The notes beneath the pieces are model-generated. The model was not told the DNA's origin and searched no databases. It saw nothing but the letters and a program-made list of their open reading frames with translations. A program made the position numbers and the translations under genes. A stretch of DNA of 64,000 nt from Octopus vulgaris (Eukaryota), in the NCBI GenBank assembly GCA_951406725.2, contig OX597840.1, positions 23,064,001-23,128,000 of the forward strand, written 5' to 3'. Below are positions 27,232 through 39,836 of this stretch, piece by piece (position 1 is the first letter of the stretch; every line of letters starts with the position of its first letter).

Positions 27232-27951
27232 ATCTGTGTTACTAAACAAAGCTGTGTTGACAAGATAGAACTCCAAGGTGAAAACATTGGTTATCTAGGC
27301 CATTAACATCTATATTGGTGTGTGTGAGAGAGAGAGAGAAAGAGCGTGTGTGTCACAGATTTAATGTCCAGGAGTTGCTATTATAATTATTGAATCTGCT
27401 CGTAATTTATTAACTTTTGGGTAAGTTTATTAGTTTGAATGCAGGTTTACTTCTACAATCCATTAAAACAGAAATGTCGTAACTTTGCACTTTTGAATAT
27501 CTGCCTGTTAAACATATTTGATGTCTTATATTATTTTTTCTATTCTTTCAGAAGAATCACACGAAATTGGCTAAAGAGTATTTTTTGCTTTTAAAGAATC
27601 ATCAATATGTATCATGTTTGAAAGACTCTGCAAAGATATTCTACAAACGTATAATCCTGCTTCTATAAAACGTTGCTGAGTTACAGTAAAATATTTCCTC
27701 TGAGAGAGAAAGCATTTCTTTACTTCTGTGTCTGAAATGTGCAAGAGATAATTTTCTCTTTTAAATATACTTTGATGGATTTCCAAAGAGTATTTGCAAC
27801 ATTTTTAAATATTGGAATTGATCACATTTAGAAGAAATATGAAAGAAGTGATATTTGTTTGGAATAAACTATAAAAGCAAAAAGAAGAAAATATATATAT
27901 TTTGGTGAGAAGAGAGAAATTTGTGAAAAGTTATTTACGTGTAAAACATAA

Positions 27952-29100
<1,149 letters not shown>

Positions 29101-31361
29101 CACAGTGACATTTCTTGTATAACATTCCCCGAGAAAAATCTCATCTCATTCATGAACTAATCAAAAGAGCATTGACTGATATTAATGCTTAATCATTCTT
29201 TCAAAAGGGTGAATTGTTTGTACACAGTCCTATTAATATGAAAGATATATCCATACCTCAAGATATTTGTGCTAAATCAATCAATGAAAATGATCAATTA
29301 TTGAAATGTAAATGCATTCATACAGAAGACGAACTATGATGATCCTCATCATTTAAAATTCACTTTTCCATGCTTCAATGGATCAGATGGAATTCATTGA
29401 TGGAGATTTTCTTCGGCTGGATGCCTTTCCTTTCACCAATCCTCACCTGTTTCTAGGCAAGGACATATTTTCCATGCTGAGATATATTTGACTCAGAAGA
29501 CTGGAAATGGACTATCTGTATGACACTCATTATGACCATTTACGAGCATCACGTGCTATCTGGACAAGGGTACATACACACACATATGTATGTTCAAAGA
29601 TTTTTTTATAGGAAATATTTTACATTTTTAATCTACTTCTAAATGTTTGTAATTCCTATTAGGAAATGAAACATATGTAATGCTGAATAAATAATATCAA
29701 ACTTTTCTCCAGTCTCCTCATGTGATTTGTAATTACTCTGCAAAAAATATTATCCAAACCTCCCACAAAAATAATGCACACACACAGATGTGGTGGTGAG
29801 TGCATAGTGAAAACGGTTTTGTCTTTTCATTGAAATAAATTTTTGTATCACCTACAAATTGAAATTTGTATTAGCTCTGACCCATCACCTTGGCTTATAA
29901 GTTACCAATGATGTGGTTTTCAGTGTATACCATGTTCTTTTAATCTTTTACTCATAAGAAATTGTGACTCCTATATTTTACTATACAACTTTTGTTTCTG
30001 GGTGAAAAATTTGACCATTTCAATTTCAAAATGTAATTTTATCTGTTTATGGTCAATATGGAAAAATAAGAGTGAATATTTATTTTATGAGAGCTGAGTG
30101 TATAAAATTGTGCATAAAATATATAAGCTATATGAAGTGCATTGAGTCATTATTATATTCCAATTTCCTTCACTTTTCAATGAATAATAGATGGGTGACT
30201 ATCTTTTGATACAGACACAACACAGGCTACACTTTCGAGGTTTTAGATAAAGTTTTCAGAAATAACCGAATAGGTTTGCTATTAATTTCATGAAATATTC
30301 ACGGATCCCACTAGTTAACATTAAGAGAATCATGTGGTGAGGTTAAGAATGAGAGACAAAGTGGGAGGGAAAAGTGTTAATGATATGTGGTGTGGTCAAG
30401 AAGGAATACTTATTACTTGGTTAACAGGTTAGCTGAAGAGAAAAATGAGGAGAAAGGGATATGTTTAGGATACATTATTTGTGAGAGAGTGAGGTTAAAG
30501 AGAAGGAGATAGAAAGAGATGGACGGTGGAGGCAGATAGGGTTTGTATTGTTAAAAGTTGATATCATCAAAGACCTGAAATGAAATAAATTTTGTTCCTG
30601 AAACTTATAGTGGTGATGATGATGGTGATGGTGGTGGTGGTGTGTCGATTGTAAAAAGGATTTTCTTTTTTTTATAGAGACCATCACTCAACACTTGCAC
30701 TTCTGTGCAATTATTTATCGTCTTCTCACTTAAGAGATTGATATTTGTTTCTAAGGATTAATTTAGCCTAAACTATGGATTCACAAGAGACACAGTTGCA
30801 AACTGCCTGAGAAAAGATGCACAGATCTAGAGCATGGAACACTAAGAAGATGTAATAAAAAAGAGGAAAAAGATGGCACCGATGGTGTTGTGAGGAATTG
30901 GATGTAGACAGATTCCAAGTATATTCAAAGAAAGCTAAAACTATGAATGCTATAAAAATGCAAATCATCCTCTCTTTCTTAAATAGGTCCTCTTAATTTT
31001 TTTCATTGATAATAAGCGAAAGTGGCAAACTAGCAGGATCGTTAGCTCATTAAACAAAGTGTTTAGCTGGGTTCTTCTAACATGACTTAAGCATTTAAAT
31101 TCTGCTAAAGAAGACTAAGGAATATGAAGGAGGTCGGGCGGATCTTTTTTGAACTCTACTTTGACTGTAATTGATTTTATATCTGGTGTATTGTTGTAGC
31201 GTTCTAAGGTAATCATTGACATGAAATTCATTTTTGCTAAAAATCAATAAAGTGTTAATAGCTTTTAAAGTTTGCAATTTTGTGTAATTTTAGCCACTCA
31301 AAATCTGCAGACATATAGGTGACTGTCACCATAGTAACAAGCCAAGCTGTTACCAAGTTAG

Positions 31362-31730
<369 letters not shown>

Positions 31731-32860
31731 TGACATTTGTTGCATGACATTCCATCAGAAGGTCAAGCTTGGACCTTATAAAGACATCCACAGAATATAG
31801 AAACTATATGAATGTGACATCTATAGCAAATCTTTGACATGAAATCATCCATTATTGAATCAAAAGAGCATTGACTGAGGAAGGAAAACATATCACTGTG
31901 ATGTTAAACCTGAATCATTCTTTCAAAATGGTGAATTGTTTGTACACAGTCCTATTAATATGAAAGATATAACTGTAACCTTAGCTATTCGTGCTTAATC
32001 AATTTGTGAAAATGGATCAATTATTGAAATGTAAATGCATTGATACAGAAGAGGAACCACGATGATGATGATCCTCTTCATTTAACATTCTCCTATTCAT
32101 GCTTCTGTGGATCAGATGGAATTCATTGATGCAGATTTTCTACATCTGGGTACCTTTCTTGTGACCAATTCTCACCTGTTTCCAAGCAAGGAAATATTTT
32201 CCATGGTGAGACATTTTACGCAGAGGACTGGAAGTGAACAACTGCACAAGTATGACGGTCATGATGGCCATTTACGAACATCACATAATATCTGGACAAG
32301 GGTACACACACACACACACACATGCATGTTGAAAGATTTTCTTAAAGGAAATCTTTTACATTTTTTCTCTACGTGTAAATGTTTGTAATTCCTATTAGGA
32401 AATGAAACACATGTAATGCTGAATAAATAATATCAAACTCTTCTCCGTTGTCCTAATGTGTTTTTTTCTAAGGTAAAAAAAAAATGGCTTCCACCTCACC
32501 CCACCCCGTTTTTTTTACCCATAAAAGGGTTTTGTAGCATATTAGGATGTCAGGGTAGTTGATTCCACGCAAAAAATCTAACATTTTGATTTTTTTCTTA
32601 GTGAAAATCATGCGGGAGTTAATATAGAAATTTACCATAATGTTATTTAGCCTCAAATCAAACCTGATACAGCAAACGTATCATCAAAGACATTCCAGCC
32701 TTCAGCAAACTGTCTTTTGAGGGATAATCTAGACATTACATACAATGGGCATGTGATTTAGATAGGGGTATACTTTGGCTGCTATTTTTAGCATGTCGAG
32801 CGACCAGGCAGAGGCTCTCTCATTGGTTCGATTGCGTGATGAGATTTTTTAACACATATA

Positions 32861-33245
32861 GGATCTTTTCGGCTTGAACGGCAGATTTCTTAAAATAATT
32901 TCTAGGTAACTAAAAAATTTTAAACTTCGTATACGGGTAGAATGTGTTTAAAAAACATCTTTTTCGCTTGGCTTTATTGAGAAAATTCTATGGTTTGTAA
33001 GATATTTGTTGTTTTTTCTTCAATTTCTGCAATTTCAACCAATCAATGACGTCCATTCAGGTAAAAAGAAACATTCTGTGCTGTATGAAGATGTCCCTCG
33101 TTTAAGAAACAGATTGGGTTTATTTACATTTGTGAAGAAAAAAAAGGTACCCTTCCTCCCAACCCTATCCCTAAAACAGATTGAAATGCAATAGATCGAT
33201 ACTAGGGTCATAATTATGGGTGACAATTTCATATGACACCGCTAG
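32861..33245 (-). mobile_element. Truncated inverted copy of the 38910-39321 MITE
   Basis: Starts GGATCTTTTCGGCTTGAACGGC; body is the reverse complement of 38940-39321. Confidence 0.85.
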
Positions 33246-33349
33246 AGTATAAAGACAAGACTTAGTTCCCCTTGTTCAGAGTTAATTCTTCCTAATTTTG
33301 TTGCTCCGTTTAACTTTACAACTGATATTGAAGAGAAAATCTAATTAAA

Positions 33350-33544
33350 TAGACACGTGATTGGTAATTAAGTGTCTAAAGAAACAGATGCAGCATTTTT
33401 TTTATTATGTTGACCTGTTAAATATTAATATTCGTCGTAAAAATTCTCTTGAAGCTGTCACTGTCCACTCTAACTTTTCACTCATTCAACATATTCTCAT
33501 ATTTTCATCGTTGACTCTCTCTGAATATATATTACTATGTAAGT
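33350..33544 (+). promoter_or_regulatory. Candidate promoter / non-coding exon 1 and splice donor of the 35730 ZNF gene
   Basis: CACGTGATTGG (E-box plus inverted CCAAT) at ~33354, then a block conserved upstream of paralogs ending TACTAT|GTAAGT (33539). Equivalent donors at 25908 (GTGAGT), 39622 and 46381. Confidence 0.45.
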
Positions 33545-35280
33545 ATATTTCTATTGTATATGTATCATATTACGTACGTCTGTTTGTTTCGATGTGTTGA
33601 GTAAGTTACAAGAAAGAATCTCACTAAACAAAGACGAAATAGCGGAGGTAAAGGGCATGGACCGCACCTACCTTTCCCTAATTTTTTGGCGATGGAAACC
33701 CACATTTTCAACTTCGGTGAGGCTGTTCTTTCAATACTTTCGTTGTGTTCTCCTTTACATTCAGATATTTCATTGCATCTTTCCTTATTTCCTTTATTAT
33801 TTGTTAACGTCCGATGGATACCTTGTGTAGATAACTTTTCCCTTTCTTCCTCACACGTAAATTCCGCGGGAAAATTACGATGTAATCTGTAAGACATACG
33901 GAATGTATAAAAATACGAGTGTGCACTTGAAATACTGAAACGAAAAGCAAATATTGTACACAGAAGAAATGGAACGGATTTTATTTAAAACCTAGGAAGT
34001 CTTTATTTCCGGAGGTTCTTCTCCATCATTACAACTTACAATTAATATCTATTTTTCAAAGGAATCTTTCTTTAAGCACCCAATGTAACCGCTTATCACA
34101 TTTTTATTTTGGGGGAATTTTCAGAAAATTTCTGCGTATTTCTGCTGTACATGCAAGGATTCAAACGGTTATGAAACCAACAAAGAAGGGAAAAAACCGA
34201 TTGAAGAGCAATTTAGCTGTTATTTATCGCGCACCCCACGACCACCCGATACCTTCCGAGTTTCTTTCTCACTCTTACGTGCTAATGTTTTTCAATATCT
34301 TTTTTCACATAAACACATTCAATGGTCCGTTGTTGGGATTTAAGGCATTATATATGAATTGCACTCTGTTTTTTTATGTTATTTTCAATTAATTACCTAA
34401 GTTATCCTTTTCTCTCTTCGTAATACATATATATTTAAATTCAGATTACGATGAACGTAAACAAACAAACGAAGTTTGCTTTAGAAGCTTTGAGATGTCT
34501 TAGGAAGTTTAAGAAGTGATTTTAAATTCTCAGAGGCAGGATGTTGCTAATAATATAGCCTGAACAGGATAAGCTACCCCTATTTTGCAGAAAAGTGTTG
34601 GCGGCTGGCTATGAGATTCGAACTCACACCTTCGTGATTACGCGTCGCTGTATTTTTCACTCACCACGATAAACAATATTTCGTTACGAAGTAAGAAGGA
34701 AGGGAAACATTAATTGTAACGTGTAAGAGTTTAAAAGTAAAGAAGAAAACGAGAATAATTTAATGTTAAAACTACATCATTTGCCCCCATTGAGAAGGAT
34801 TGTCACCAATTTCCTTCTCCACCTCAACCAATAATTTTTCCTACATCAAAAATTCCCCACAAAAGATTTTGATGCTGTTAGTCATCCATACTGATTATTT
34901 GCTGACTGTTATTCATGTTTCATGTAACACAGAATATTGACATTAAGCTGCCTGTATGTGTGTATTTATATATTTATAAATGTACGGAAAGAGGCAGGGG
35001 AGGTGTGATATCTCTTTTACGACACATGACTGAGATGAAAGCATCAGATATCTAGTGTTATTGACATGTATATTGGTGGGTGTCTATGACAGACTTAATG
35101 TCCAGGAGATGTTATTATACTACTTATATCTACTCCCTGATATAAACTTCTTGAAAACAGGGAGATGGGATGAGTTTAATTGTTCAGATAAAGGATTGCT
35201 TCTACAATTTATGAAAACAGAAATGTCGTAACTTTGCACTTTTGAATATCTGCCTTTAAAACTTATTTGATGTCTTATAT

Positions 35281-35300
35281 TATTTTTTCTATTCTTTCAG
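35281..35300 (+). promoter_or_regulatory. Candidate splice acceptor ~430 nt upstream of the ZNF ATG
   Basis: TATTTTTTCTATTCTTTCAG|AAAATCAC, conserved at 27551, 50615 and on the minus strand near 1502, 8866 and 16098. In copy D (~23126) AG has become GG. Confidence 0.5.
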
Positions 35301-35729
35301 AAAATCACATGAAATTGGCTCAAAAGTATTTTTTACTTTTAAAGAATCATCAATATGTGTCATGTTTGAAAGACTCTGCAAAGATATTCTACAAACGTAT
35401 AATCCTGCTTCTAGAAAACATTGCTGAGTTACAGTAAAATATTTCCTCTGAGAGAGAAAGCATTTCTTTACTTCTGTGTCTGAAATGTGCAAGAGATAAT
35501 TTTCTCTTTTAAATGTACTTTGATGAATTTACAAAGAGTATTTGCGACATTTTTAAATATTGGCAATGATCACATTTAGAAGAAATATAAGAGAAGTGAT
35601 ATTTGTTTGGAATAAACTATAAAAGCAAAAAGAAGCAAAATATCCATGAATTTTGGTGAGAGGAGAAATATTATTGAAAAGTTGTTGATCTGTACAACTT
35701 GAAGGTTCAGTTTTATTTTTCTTGAAGAG

Positions 35730-36683
35730 ATGTCGGAAGAATTAAGAAAATCATCATATGACTGTGACATCTGCAAAGAGTCATTCTTAGACGAAAGTAA
35801 ATTCAATCAACACAAACAAATTCATACAGAGGAAGCACCATATCACTGTAATATCTGTGGTAAATCATTCTCTGTTGGCAGTAGCCTAACTCGACACAAA
35901 CGTATTCATGCAGGCGACAAACCATATCGCTGTGATATCTGTGGTAAATCATTCTATCAAGGAGGTAACTTAACTACGCACAAACGTATTCATACAGGTG
36001 AGAAACCCTATCACTGTGATATCTGTGGTAAATCATTCTCTCAAAGCGATAGCTTAACCCAACACAAACGGGTTCATACAGGTGAGAAACCATATCACTG
36101 TGATATCTGCGGTAAATCATTCTCCAAGGGCAGTAGCTTAACTACGCACAAACGTATTCATACAGGTGAGAAACCCTATCACTGTGATATCTGTGGTAAA
36201 TCATTCTCTCAAAGCGATAGCTTAACTCAACACAAACGGGTTCATACAGGAGAGAAACCATATCACTGTGATATCTGTGGTAAATCATTCTCTGAGAACA
36301 GTAGCTTAACTATACATAGACGTATTCATACAGGGAAGAAACCATATCACTGTGATACCTGTGGTAAATCATTCTATCATGAAGGTAACTTAACTACTCA
36401 CAGACGGGTTCATGGAGGGGAGAAAACATATCACTGTGATATCTGTGGTAAATCATTCTCTTATGGCAGTAGCTTAACTCGACACACGCGTATCCATACA
36501 GGGGAGAAACCATATCACTGTGATATCTGTGGTAAATCATTCTCTCATAGCGGTAGCTTAACTCAACACACACGTATCCATACAGGAGAGAAACCATATA
36601 CTTGTGATATCTGTGGAAGATCATTCTCTGAAAACAGCAGCTTAACTAAGCACAAGCGTATTCATACAGGGGCAGAACCATAA
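35730..36683 (+). CDS. C2H2 poly-zinc-finger protein, copy F (11 fingers, 317 aa)
   Basis: Intact [13 protein letters not shown] + 11 fingers; stop CCA TAA (from TAT), followed by decayed fingers to ~37250. Confidence 0.93.
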   Translation: MSEELRKSSYDCDICKESFLDESKFNQHKQIHTEEAPYHCNICGKSFSVGSSLTRHKRIHAGDKPYRCDICGKSFYQGGNLTTHKRIHTGEKPYHCDICGKSFSQSDSLTQHKRVHTGEKPYHCDICGKSFSKGSSLTTHKRIHTGEKPYHCDICGKSFSQSDSLTQHKRVHTGEKPYHCDICGKSFSENSSLTIHRRIHTGKKPYHCDTCGKSFYHEGNLTTHRRVHGGEKTYHCDICGKSFSYGSSLTRHTRIHTGEKPYHCDICGKSFSHSGSLTQHTRIHTGEKPYTCDICGRSFSENSSLTKHKRIHTGAEP

Positions 36684-36758
36684 CCTTGTAATATCTGTGG
36701 TAAATCATTCTCTCAGAACAGTGGCTTAACTCACCACAACCATATTCATACAGGGTAG

Positions 36759-36893
<135 letters not shown>

Positions 36894-37744
36894 TGATTTA
36901 AACAGAAGTCTTTCCTTATGAAGTGGGTCCATAACACAGTGATATTTGGTGTATGACATTTTCTCAGAAGGACAAAGGACGTATCTCATAAAGACATCCA
37001 CAGAATATAGAAACTATATGAATGTGACATCTATAGTAAATCTTTGACATGAAATCATCCATTATTGAATCAAAAGAGCATTAACAGAAGAAGGAAAACC
37101 TATCACTGTGATGTTAAACCTGAATCATTCTTTCAAAATGGTGAATTAATTATACACAGTCCTGTTAATATGAAGAATATGCCATACCCTAAGATATCTG
37201 TTAATGATCAATTATAACATAAATGAATTTAAACAGAAGAGGAACCATATCACTACGATGATGATGATCCTCATCATTTAACATTCACTTTTACATTCTT
37301 CTATGGATCACATTGAATTCATTGATACCTTCCCTGTTTCCAAGCAAGGAAATATTTTCCCTGGTGAGACATATTTTACACAGAAGACTGGAAATGAACA
37401 ACTATACAAGTATGACGGTCATGATGGCCCTTTACGAACACCACATAATATCTGGACAAGGGTACATACACACACACTCACATAAACTATTGTATGTCTG
37501 AAGAATTTCTTATAGGAAATATCTTACATGTTTTCTACACATCTAAAAGTTTTTGATTCCTATTAGGAAATGAAACATGTAATGCTGAATAAATAATATC
37601 AAACTTTTCTCCGGTCTCCTTATGTGATTTGTAATTACCTTGCAAAAAATATTATCCAAACCACACACAAAAATAATACACACACACATTATATATATAT
37701 ATATATATATATAAACGAGAAAGAAGCAACAAGAATGGATTGGT

Positions 37745-37835
37745 TTTTAGTACAATTGTTTCATACAAAGACAGGCTTTATTACAAGTTGCAAAAATTGC
37801 AGCAGATAAAAGTGTCCCGTACTCATCAGCTAAAA
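37745..37835 (-). ncRNA. Type I hammerhead ribozyme motif (Penelope-like/retrozyme type)
   Basis: Minus strand: TTTTAG-CTGATGA-GTACGGGACA..TGTCTTTGTAT-GAAA-C-AATT-G-TA-CTAAAA. This gives a 6-bp stem I, intact CUGAUGA and GAAA cores, a long stem II, a minimal palindromic stem III and a GUA cleavage triplet. Confidence 0.72.
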
Positions 37836-37948
37836 TACATTTGAGTTCTCTAGACATCTTAGTGGGTGAGGTTATACTCATGAGATATTGGAGATAGTTC
37901 CATTAGAGGCAGATATAGGTTGTAAACAGTTTTCCAAAGTTCCTTAAT

Positions 37949-38142
37949 GATGATGCACAGTCTTATCACAGATTTTTAAAAAAACTTATTAGTTTCAAAG
38001 AGAAGATGAATCAATCCATAGTGTAGATTTAAATTTTCAGAGATATGAAGAGGATGATGCACAGACTTATCACAGGTTATTAAAGACTTATTAGCTTCAC
38101 AGAAAAGGTGAATTAATCCATAGTGAAGATTTACATTTCCAG
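37949..38142. repeat. Diverged ~104-bp tandem duplication next to the hammerhead
   Basis: GATGATGCACAG.CTTATCACAG...AATCCATAGTG.AGATTTA at 37949 and 38053. Confidence 0.8.
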
Positions 38143-38409
38143 TCGTAAGATGAGGGATTTCATACTCACAGATTTCATACTCACAAAGTATTCAGAACAC
38201 AGAATAACATGTAACAAAAACAATTTGCAAACATATTTACATTCCCATATAACAGTTAAAAACATCACCATTATTGTATTACGCATGCATGGAAGTGTTT
38301 GTTTGACTAGGTGCTGCTGGCTTAATGACGCATGATACAAGTTAGAGAAGGGGTGTGTATTATACACAAGGTTTAGGTGTTATGCTCAAGAATTTACAGT
38401 ATATGTATA

Positions 38410-38750
38410 TATATAGTAACCAGGTTTTTTGTGGTGAAAGTTGGTGTGCATCAGGGATCTGTGTTGTCACCATTGTTGTTTGCAATAGTGGTTGATGTGG
38501 AGAAGGAGAGTGCAAGAAAGGGACCGTAAATGGAGATACTGTATGCAGATGACCTTGTTCTGATGAGAGAGAAGTTTTGGAAATGGAAGGAGGCATTTGA
38601 AAGCAAGGGTTTGAAGATAAACCTTGGGAAAACGAAGGTGATAGTGAGTGGGGTGGAAGGAGAAGTGTTGGTGAGTAAGGTGGATCCATGTGGTGTCTGT
38701 GGGAGGAGGGTAATGGCAAAAGCAGTGTTGTGTATGACATGTCATAACAT
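38410..38750 (+). mobile_element. Degenerate non-LTR retrotransposon RT fragment (RTE type with Cys-rich insert)
   Basis: VGVHQGSVLSPLLF, EILYADDLVL, GLKINLGKTK, DPCGVCGRRV. Confidence 0.85.
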
Positions 38751-38909
38751 TGGAGAAATCCACAGTTTTCATGAAAAAAATTAGGACCTGAGTTTGCACT
38801 CCCTTAGCAAATTTTGTTGCTGGGCCACTGTTCATATGTGTAGGTAAAATATGTAAAAGAAGAAAACGAGATTTCACATGCACACATGAAGCTTGTAAGA
38901 ACAAATATT

Positions 38910-39321
38910 GGATCTTTTCGGTTTGAACGGCTGTTTTTTCTAGTGGTGTCATATGAAATTGTCACCCATAATTATGACCCTAGTATCGATCTATTGCATT
39001 TCAATGTGTTTTAGAGTTAGGAGTGGTGGGAAGGGTATCTTTTTTCTTCAGAAATGTAAATAAACCCAATCTGTTTCTTAAACGAGGGACATATTCATAC
39101 GGCACAGAATGTTTTTTACCTCAATAGATGTCATTGATTGGTTGAAATTGCAGAAATTGAAGAAAAAAACTGAACAAATATCTTACAAACTATAGAATTT
39201 TCTGAAAAAAGCCAAGAGAAAAAGATGTTTTATAAACAGATTCTACCAGTATATGAAGTTTAAAAGTGTTTAGTTGCGTGGAAATTATTTTAAAAAACTG
39301 CCGTTCAAACCGAAAAGATCC
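38910..39321. mobile_element. Complete MITE with GG..CC termini and 8-bp TSD (Merlin-like)
   Basis: CAAATATT|GGATCTTTTCGGTTTGAACGGC ... GCCGTTCAAACCGAAAAGATCC|CAAATATT. Confidence 0.92.
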
Positions 39322-39674
39322 CAAATATTTAAGGGTTTTTTCACCAAGTTTAAAATGCAAAACACACACACAAGAAGAAGCACGCAGTTGACAAGACAAC
39401 ACGTGCTCACGGAAACTAACGGAAAGTTGGTTTTATTGTCTCCTCAAAACGAATGATTACACATTTTTTATGTTGACCCGAAAAATACGAATTAATGTTT
39501 GTTGTAAGGAGTAAGAAATCCTCTTGAAGCTCTCATTGTCCACTCTGACTTTAGTTCTAACCACTTCAACATATTCTCACATCTTCGTTGACTCTCTCTC
39601 TCTTCGCATACGCATTACTATGTAAGTATTATATTTATATAAACATTTCTATTGTATATGTGTCATATATATAT

Positions 39675-39832
39675 TTCTTTACTACCAAGAAGGGGCTAAA
39701 CATAGAGGGGAAAAACAAGACAGACAAACGGATAAAGTCGATTACACCGACTCCAGTGCGTAACTGGTATTTAATTTATCGACCCGGAAAGGATGAAAGG
39801 CAAAGTCGACCGCGGCGGAATTTGAACCCAGG
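39675..39832 (-). mobile_element. SINE fragment with Meta/Sauria-like central domain
   Basis: Minus strand GGGTTCAAATTCCGCCGCGGTCGACTTTGCCTTTCATCCTTTCCGGGTCGATAAATTAAATACCAG: a B box plus a motif resembling the MetaSINE domain (recalled similarity). Confidence 0.6.
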
Positions 39833-39836
39833 ACAT

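Noticed and set aside
30475-30687. Poly-His protein
   Set aside because: A (CAC/CAT)n microsatellite in duplicated flank, with a GTG start and a frame not conserved among copies.
34605-34670. tRNA-like sequence with GAGTTCGAATCTC on the minus strand
   Set aside because: Only the T-arm is recognisable; too degenerate to call.
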